A stretch of 33,747 nucleotides of DNA from Anderseniella sp. Its GTDB lineage: Bacteria > Pseudomonadota > Alphaproteobacteria > Rhizobiales > Aestuariivirgaceae. Of the stretch, positions 27,350 to 33,747 are shown in pieces. The notes under the pieces are model-generated. The model was not told the DNA's origin. It was given only the letters and a program-made list of their open reading frames with translations, and ran no database searches. The position numbers and the translations under genes were made by a program. The number at the start of each line of letters is the position of its first letter. Within the stretch, counting starts at the first letter, position 1. The stretch spans positions 1-33,747 of the forward strand of contig JBAUGO010000200.1 in the NCBI GenBank assembly GCA_049679775.1, in the 5' to 3' direction.

Positions 27350-28600
27350 ATGCACCGCCAGACAACTTTTTTCAAACCCCGGCAGCTTGATGTCGGACAA
27401 AACTGGATGGCGGTAATGTTTTTCAAGGCGATTTCGATGACAGCGCGTATGGGCTTTGCCGAACCCTCTGTTCGTCAGGTCAACCCTTCGAGTCTCGACC
27501 CTGAAATTCTCAACACAAGCTTGGCGCTGGCGCTGGACACAAGTGTTACGAACCAGCCGGACTTCATTTGGGTACTTGATCAGACAACCGGCATAATGAC
27601 GATCCATCACCCCGATCCTGGGGTGCAAGCCAGCATGAACCACCCTCAATTGATTGGTGTGCTTACGGAAATAATTTCCAGGGCGAAGCCTTACACTGCA
27701 GCGAGCATACTGGTTCACGCTATCCAGAACCGATACCGCATTACGAACGTGGAGGTTGAATGGCGTAAAGCAGGCGCGTCGAACTGGTGGCAGATCAGCG
27801 CAGCACCTTCGTGTGAGTACGGTTTTGCTGATGACAAAATGGTTGGTATTGTACGTGACATCACAGCAGCCCAGAACTTTTGCGCTCAATTGATCGATGG
27901 AGAAGTGCGATATAATGATTTGCGAGAGGCTAATACGAGACTTGGAAGTGTACTTGCATCGTGCTTGCGCCAGCACATCAACCTGATTGCGAATGTCACC
28001 AACGACCGCCTCAATTATAGCCCTGATGAGGAAAACCATCCGCTCCTTGAGCAGCACGATTTCACATCGCAAATACGCTCCTCTATTAGCGAGCTTCTCA
28101 TGATCGCCAGTCTGGTTCGTGATTATGCAGACGCCATGAGCGGAGAGTTGAAGATCATAAAACAGGAAACCATGTTTGCGGAAATCGCAAGCTTCGTGGT
28201 CCAGGGTCTTGCGGCTCGGATTGAGCGATTTGGTGTCAAACTCGACATCTCTCGCCATCTGGACATCACTCCAATGAACGCCGACCTTGATAGACTTCGT
28301 AAGCTGGTCCACATTATTGCCAATCAGACAGCAAGTCTTGCCACTCCCGGCAGCAGGCTCAAACTGGATATCAGTACGTCCCAAAACGCCGAGCTGCTGA
28401 TCAAAATCAGTTATTGCGGACAAGACCCGGCAAACTTTAAAAACTTGAATACCGCCATCTTGAATGGTGACATGCTGCACCCGGTTCTCGCACATGAATT
28501 CATTGAGCAAGTCTTGCTAGCTCATCACGCAAAGCTTGATTTCACCAGGTCCTCTGCGGCAGAACATAGAGCCATCCTGAGACTTCCCTCGCTCGCCTGA
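27350..28600 (+). CDS. PAS-domain histidine kinase-like protein with degenerate catalytic boxes (pseudokinase)
   Basis: PAS/PAC (DFIWVLD...WWQISAAP...MVGIVRDIT), DHp-like helices and an HATPase-like tail (ADLDRLRKL...PGSRLKL...AHHAKL...LRLP). The true start may be 27437. Confidence 0.75.
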   Translation: MHRQTTFFKPRQLDVGQNWMAVMFFKAISMTARMGFAEPSVRQVNPSSLDPEILNTSLALALDTSVTNQPDFIWVLDQTTGIMTIHHPDPGVQASMNHPQLIGVLTEIISRAKPYTAASILVHAIQNRYRITNVEVEWRKAGASNWWQISAAPSCEYGFADDKMVGIVRDITAAQNFCAQLIDGEVRYNDLREANTRLGSVLASCLRQHINLIANVTNDRLNYSPDEENHPLLEQHDFTSQIRSSISELLMIASLVRDYADAMSGELKIIKQETMFAEIASFVVQGLAARIERFGVKLDISRHLDITPMNADLDRLRKLVHIIANQTASLATPGSRLKLDISTSQNAELLIKISYCGQDPANFKNLNTAILNGDMLHPVLAHEFIEQVLLAHHAKLDFTRSSAAEHRAILRLPSLA

Positions 28601-28638
28601 GTACAAGAGGATATCATAACCAGCATCGCCCTCAGCAA

Positions 28639-29484
28639 TCATGCCAACCAGCGTTTGCGTCTTTTATATGCCTTCACATTGCGAAACGATCGGCGATTTT
28701 CACCCGAAACACCAAGATAGAATTCCTTCACATCTTCATTGTCACGTAATGCGGATGCCTCACCGTCAAGCACGACTCTGCCATTTTCAAGTATGTATCC
28801 ATACTTGGCGTACTTGAGAGCAATATTGGTGTTCTGCTCTGCCAGCAGGAAGGAAACACCCTCACGTTCATTCAGCTCTTTGACAATCTCGAAAATCTCT
28901 TCAACAAGCTGCGGCGCCAATCCCATGGAAGGTTCATCCAGCAATATAGTGGTAGGTCTCGACATAAGGGCGCGGCCAATCGCGCACATTTGTTGCTCGC
29001 CCCCGGATGTGTAGCCCGAAAGCGACTGCCGACGTTCACGAAGGCGAGGGAAATAATTGTAGACCATCTCAAGGTCAGCAGCGATTGCTCCGCGCCCGTC
29101 CTTGCGTGTAAACGCACCCGTCATCAGGTTGTCTTCAATGGACAAATGTTCGAAGCAATGTCGACCTTCCATCACCTGGATACAGCCACGCTTGACCATC
29201 TCATTAGGGGTCAGTTTATCGATACGATCACCCTTGAAATGGATTGTACCTTTGGTCACGTCACCGCGTTCAGCGCGCAACAAGTTCGAAACAGCCTTTA
29301 GTGTTGTTGTCTTGCCGGCACCATTTGCCCCCAGCAAAGCCGTAATGCCACCTTTCGGCACATCGAGCGAAACGCCTTTCAGCACAAGGATGACGTGGTT
29401 GTAAATAACCTCGATGTTATTGATGGACAAAACAGAGCCTTCTGTCTCGGCTGATTGCCCATACGAGTGTGATGTCGCTGACAT
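28639..29484 (-). CDS. ABC transporter ATP-binding protein (LivF-like)
   Basis: Walker A GANGAGKT, signature SGGEQQM, Walker B LLDEPSMGLAP and LAEQN. Confidence 0.93.
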   Translation of the reverse strand: MSATSHSYGQSAETEGSVLSINNIEVIYNHVILVLKGVSLDVPKGGITALLGANGAGKTTTLKAVSNLLRAERGDVTKGTIHFKGDRIDKLTPNEMVKRGCIQVMEGRHCFEHLSIEDNLMTGAFTRKDGRGAIAADLEMVYNYFPRLRERRQSLSGYTSGGEQQMCAIGRALMSRPTTILLDEPSMGLAPQLVEEIFEIVKELNEREGVSFLLAEQNTNIALKYAKYGYILENGRVVLDGEASALRDNEDVKEFYLGVSGENRRSFRNVKAYKRRKRWLA

Positions 29485-29524
29485 TGACTGAAGACCCTTG
29501 AAATTTTATCCGGATGAACCCCCA

Positions 29525-29547
29525 CCTGCCGCAAATATCGCGGCAGG
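29525..29547 (-). terminator. Intergenic hairpin after the binding-protein gene (attenuator or mRNA stabiliser)
   Basis: CCTGCCGC-N7-GCGGCAGG with no strong U-tract on the minus strand. Confidence 0.5.
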
Positions 29548-29579
29548 CGAGGCTTTGTTGTATCAACTACGATGAGTGA

Positions 29580-30887
29580 TTAACTGCAGGTCTGGGTTTG
29601 CCAGTCTGGCTTGTCCTTCAGATAATCCGCTGCAGCTGCTTCCAGCAATGGACGGACAACAGCCGTATCCGGTGCAATCGGGTCTGTGATCTTGTTCCAG
29701 GTCTTGCCATCCCACTGCATCATGGAAACACCACCTGCACCTTCATGGTCCTTGCAGTCACCCTTGATAGCAGCGGTAAAACCTTCAAGGCCAATTTCCT
29801 TCAAGCGCACATCTGACAGATCGAACTTTTCAAGACCAAGACGCATATCTTCGCCCGTGATCGCCTTCTTGCCGGTAGCTTTTTGAGCTGCATGAATGGC
29901 TTCTGCAATAAGAACAGCGTTGAACAGACCGCGGTTATAAAGAACATCACCGACATTTTCTTTAGGTGACTGGCTCTTGCCCGCATCAACGACATACTTC
30001 ATCACATCCTGCAATGCGGGGAAATCCGTTCCCACACCTGAGAAGTTGGCAGCCTTGTAACCTTTGCCTTCTTCACCCAGTGGGCGCATATCAGCATGTG
30101 AACCTGCCCACCAGTTGCCGATGAACTTGTCCAGCGGATACTTGATCTTGGCGGCTTCCTTGACAGCTGTTGCGTTCATGGCACCCCAACCCCACATGAT
30201 CATGTAGTCCGGACGTTCCTTGCGCACGTTCAACCATTGCGAACCCTGGTTCTGCATTTCCTTGACGCCGACCGGGAACTTGACAACCTCAAACCCCTTG
30301 TCCTTTGCCAACTGGTCCAGCAGTGGAATAGGCTCAGTTCCATATCCAGCATCGAGATAGATGTAGCCAATTTTCTTGCCCTTGAGAGCGCCAAGATCAG
30401 ACTCGACATATTTCAAAATGGCGGTGAGCTGGCTCCAGTAACTGGTTGGGTAGTTGAAGGTCCACGGGAACTTCTCTCCAACAGCCACAGCAGACAGACC
30501 ATATCCCATCGACAGGACCGGAATCTTGTCAACCGGAGCCTTCGGGATCAGCTGCAGGGTAATGCCTGTTGAATATGGTCCATATACAAGCGCACCCTTG
30601 CCCTTGGTGGCCTCATAGCATTCAACACCTTTCTGGGCGTTGTAACCAGTTTCGCATTCTTCCACGACAACCTTGACACCACCGATACCACCATCACGCT
30701 CATTGAGCATGGTGAAGTAGTCGCCAAAGCCATTTGCCAGAGGTACACCACCACTTGCAAAGGGTCCGGTACGATAACTCAGCGACGGGACAAACAGAGT
30801 ATCCTCTGCTTGTGCAACCTGTGCTGTAGTAAATGCAGTCCCTGCCAGGGTGGCTAGAGCTACACCAGTCATTAAAAGTTTCTTCAT
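29580..30887 (-). CDS. ABC transporter substrate-binding protein (Liv/PBP1 type)
   Basis: Signal peptide from ATG 30887 (AGGGAG SD); motifs LSYRTGPFA, NERDGGIGG, ECETGY and MWGWGAM. Confidence 0.92.
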   Translation of the reverse strand: MKKLLMTGVALATLAGTAFTTAQVAQAEDTLFVPSLSYRTGPFASGGVPLANGFGDYFTMLNERDGGIGGVKVVVEECETGYNAQKGVECYEATKGKGALVYGPYSTGITLQLIPKAPVDKIPVLSMGYGLSAVAVGEKFPWTFNYPTSYWSQLTAILKYVESDLGALKGKKIGYIYLDAGYGTEPIPLLDQLAKDKGFEVVKFPVGVKEMQNQGSQWLNVRKERPDYMIMWGWGAMNATAVKEAAKIKYPLDKFIGNWWAGSHADMRPLGEEGKGYKAANFSGVGTDFPALQDVMKYVVDAGKSQSPKENVGDVLYNRGLFNAVLIAEAIHAAQKATGKKAITGEDMRLGLEKFDLSDVRLKEIGLEGFTAAIKGDCKDHEGAGGVSMMQWDGKTWNKITDPIAPDTAVVRPLLEAAAADYLKDKPDWQTQTCS

Positions 30888-30993
30888 AGGTTTCTCCCTT
30901 AAAATCGGCACCGTTATGGGCCGGTTGCTTTTGTAAACCCTTGTCACGGAACAACTTCCCTATTCCATGCCAATCCTTTAATCGCCCTCTCCG

Positions 30994-32073
30994 TCATGTG
31001 TACGGGAAGGGCCATGTCCTCAATTTTTCCTTCGCAATCTGCCAAAGTCTCGCAAGCCCGTGCGGCTCAACAATCAGGAAGAAAATGATTAACGCACCGA
31101 TGATCATTCTGCTGCCCTGATCAACAATTGCAGCATTCGCTTCCAAGCCTATCAAATTAGGTAACTCCCGCAACAGTATTGGCAGTATCCAGATGAAAGC
31201 CGCCCCCATGAAGCTACCAATCAGGGAGCCAAGTCCACCAATAATGGCCATGAAGAGAAACAGGAATGAATGATTGATATCGAATAGTTCGGGCTCTGCG
31301 GCCCCATAGAACAGGAACACACTCATGGCGCCTGCTACACCACAATAATATGAGGAGACTGCAAACGCAGATAGCTTGGCATAAAGCGGACGCACTCCCA
31401 TCAACTCGGCAGCGATGTCCATGTCGCGTATCATCATCCATGACCTGCCAATGCGTCCCCGGATAAGATTGGAGGCAATCCAGGTCAAGAACACCACAAT
31501 GGACAAAACGACAATATATTGCGCAACATAACTCGCCGCTCCACCACTGATCTGGTAGCCGAAAACACTTCGTGGCAGGCTATCGATGGCTCCGGATGTA
31601 TTGTAGTTGTAGAGCCAACCGACCCGTATGAAACACCACTCAAAGAAAAACTGTGCAGCAAGCGTTGCCACAGCGAGATAGAAGCCCTTGATGCGCAAAC
31701 TGGGCAGACCAAAGATCACTCCTATGGCTGCTGAAAAAAGACCAGACAGCAAGATGAGCAGAATAAAATTGGTCTCGGGAAAATACGTTGCCATCTTGTA
31801 GCAAGCATATGCACCTATTCCCATGAAAGCGCCTGTACCGAGTGAAAGCTGCCCGGTATAGCCAGTAAGAATATTCAAGCCGATCGTTGCCAGGGCGAAG
31901 ATCAGGAATGGCGTCATCATTGTCTTTACGAAAAACTCGCTGCCAAACAGGGGGACAACGATATAGGCAATCAGCAGTATGATGGCTAAACCGATCTTGT
32001 CCTGCAGGATCGGAAAAACCTGACTGTCAGACACATAATTGGTCTTGAACTGACCTGTTTCGCGATAAAACAT
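30994..32073 (-). CDS. ABC transporter permease (LivM-like)
   Basis: Motifs GLNILTGYTGQLSLG..AFMG, LRIKGFYLA.ATLA and IIGGLGS..G. Confidence 0.92.
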   Translation of the reverse strand: MFYRETGQFKTNYVSDSQVFPILQDKIGLAIILLIAYIVVPLFGSEFFVKTMMTPFLIFALATIGLNILTGYTGQLSLGTGAFMGIGAYACYKMATYFPETNFILLILLSGLFSAAIGVIFGLPSLRIKGFYLAVATLAAQFFFEWCFIRVGWLYNYNTSGAIDSLPRSVFGYQISGGAASYVAQYIVVLSIVVFLTWIASNLIRGRIGRSWMMIRDMDIAAELMGVRPLYAKLSAFAVSSYYCGVAGAMSVFLFYGAAEPELFDINHSFLFLFMAIIGGLGSLIGSFMGAAFIWILPILLRELPNLIGLEANAAIVDQGSRMIIGALIIFFLIVEPHGLARLWQIAKEKLRTWPFPYT

Positions 32074-32088
32074 TTTCTCTATCCAACC

Positions 32089-33039
32089 CTAAATGCGTTC
32101 AATTATTTTGTCACCGAACAGTCCTTGTGGCCTGAACAGCAAGAAGATCAGTGCAATCACATAAGCAAACCAGCCTTCAACACCGCTGCCCAGCAAACCG
32201 CCCCAGTAAATCTCGAACAGTTTCTCGCCAAAGCCAATCACAAGTCCGCCAATGATAGCACCGGGAATGGATGTGAAGCCGCCAATGATCAGGACAGGTA
32301 ACGCTTTCAACGCCACGATCTGCAAGGCGAATGATACATCCGACTTGGCACCCCACATGATGCCTGTCGCCAGTGCAACAATCCCTGACGCAAACCAAAC
32401 GATGGCCCATATCTGGTTGAGCGATATACCAACCGACATGGCTGCCTGGTGATCATCTGCAACCGCACGCAAGGCACGGCCAATACGGGTCTTATTGAAG
32501 AAAAAAGCCAGTGCTATAACCAGCACAATCGCCATGATCACTGCCGCAATATCCAGATGTTCAATTATCACAATCCCGCCGAAAGGTTCAAACGTTGTGG
32601 AGCCAGTTGGCAAACCCAGTTCACTGGCGATCATTTTCTTGGGCTCTCCGCCAAATATCACTTCGCCGAAACCGATGAGAAAATAGGTCAACCCGATTGT
32701 AGCCATGAACAGAATGATGTCGGGCTGGTTGACGAGATTGCGCAACACCAGACGCTCCACACCGACAGCCAGCAAGGCCATAACGCCAATTGTGGCAATC
32801 AATGCGACCCAGGCAGGCATACCAAGACCGTACAAACCCACGAGTGTCAGAGCGGCAAACACCACCATGATGCCTTGTGCAAAATTGAAAACACCAGATG
32901 CTTTGAAAATCAGCACAAAGCCAAGCGCAATGAGTGAATACAAGGTCCCGGCCACAAAGCCGGACCACAGCACCTGTATCAGGAAGTCCGGCGCACCAAA
33001 CATCTGGTGAAACGGGTCGATGAAAATATTATAGAGCAT
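32089..33039 (-). CDS. ABC transporter permease (LivH-like)
   Basis: Motifs YSLIALGFVLIFKASGVFNFAQG, T..GRALRAVAD and LLFRPQGLFG. Confidence 0.92.
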   Translation of the reverse strand: MLYNIFIDPFHQMFGAPDFLIQVLWSGFVAGTLYSLIALGFVLIFKASGVFNFAQGIMVVFAALTLVGLYGLGMPAWVALIATIGVMALLAVGVERLVLRNLVNQPDIILFMATIGLTYFLIGFGEVIFGGEPKKMIASELGLPTGSTTFEPFGGIVIIEHLDIAAVIMAIVLVIALAFFFNKTRIGRALRAVADDHQAAMSVGISLNQIWAIVWFASGIVALATGIMWGAKSDVSFALQIVALKALPVLIIGGFTSIPGAIIGGLVIGFGEKLFEIYWGGLLGSGVEGWFAYVIALIFLLFRPQGLFGDKIIERI

Positions 33040-33059
33040 GGTCGATGTTTCCCGTCTTC

Positions 33060-33746
33060 CTAATGCGCCACGCCAAGATAGGCATCTATCACGTTCTGAT
33101 TTGAGCTGACCTCATCTGGTGTTCCATCAGCAATCTTCTCACCATGATCAAGCACGACGACGCGAGTGGACAGATCCATAACCACACCCATGTCATGTTC
33201 AATCAGTGCAATAGTGGTATTAAACTGAGAATTTACATCGAGAATGAAGCGAGACATGTCTTCCTTCTCTTCCAGGTTCATGCCCGCCATGGGTTCATCA
33301 AGCAGCAGGAGTTCAGGTTCCATCGCCAATGCGCGCGCAAGCTCCACTCGCTTTTGCAGACCATATGGCAAGCGCCCAACTGGTGTGCGTCGGATATGCT
33401 GGATTTCCAGAAAGTCGATAATCTCCTCAACACGCTCGCGATGCTCGACCTCTTCTTGCATGGCAGGACCGTAACGCAACATCTGCCAGAAGAAATTTTT
33501 GTGCATCTTGAGTGTGCGCCCGGACATGATGTTGTCGAGAGTGGACATACCCTTGAAAAGAGCCACGTTCTGGAAGGTTCGAGCAATGCCCTGGGTTGCT
33601 GCCACATAGGGCCTCATCGCCGTGCGGGTCTCACCCTTGAAAGTTATTTCACCAACCTGGGGGTGATAAAACCCGTTGATGACGTTGAGCATAGAGGTCT
33701 TTCCCGCTCCATTGGGTCCTATGATGGCACGGATCTCACCTTTATG
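33060..33746 (-). CDS. ABC transporter ATP-binding protein (LivG-like), 5' end beyond the window
   Basis: The frame stays open to the window edge (HKGEIRAIIGPNGAGKTSM). Motifs RTFQN, LPYGLQKRVE, LLDEP and IEHDM. Confidence 0.93.
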   Translation of the reverse strand, partial: HKGEIRAIIGPNGAGKTSMLNVINGFYHPQVGEITFKGETRTAMRPYVAATQGIARTFQNVALFKGMSTLDNIMSGRTLKMHKNFFWQMLRYGPAMQEEVEHRERVEEIIDFLEIQHIRRTPVGRLPYGLQKRVELARALAMEPELLLLDEPMAGMNLEEKEDMSRFILDVNSQFNTTIALIEHDMGVVMDLSTRVVVLDHGEKIADGTPDEVSSNQNVIDAYLGVAH

Positions 33747-33747
33747 G

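Overview
Core-chromosome segment of an alphaproteobacterium, most likely Hyphomicrobiales (Rhizobiales), judged from cpdR, the C-minus L36, a suhB/MmgR-type sRNA, a ROSE-controlled small heat-shock gene and CtrA-like boxes. Left to right: 3' end of an SDR, TPR protein, rpmJ (missed by the ORF track), small membrane protein, an orphan 58-codon ORF behind a CtrA-like box, an orphan solute-binding protein plus flavin monooxygenase, tRNA-Val(GAC), cpdR, N-formylglutamate amidohydrolase, GNAT, suhB/MmgR sRNA, hisN, PldB-like hydrolase, ibpA, threonine aldolase, gltBD, an SGNH-fold protein, MltB-like lytic transglycosylase, galE, galU, outer-membrane beta-barrel, NfeD/SPFH, hemH, a PaaK-like CoA ligase, a degenerate PAS-histidine kinase and a Liv-type ABC transporter that runs off the right edge. 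I saw no mobile elements, CRISPR arrays or prophage. The most interesting items are: (1) a PAS histidine pseudokinase with degenerate H, N, G1 and G2 boxes, on the opposite strand inside the ABC transporter/CoA-ligase cluster and overlapped by an unusually long antisense ORF; (2) a 27-aa uORF in a structured gltB leader; (3) a possible CtrA-driven small-protein transcription unit; (4) a catalytically dead SGNH protein encoded directly behind a lytic transglycosylase. All family assignments are from motif recognition by eye; no searches were run.
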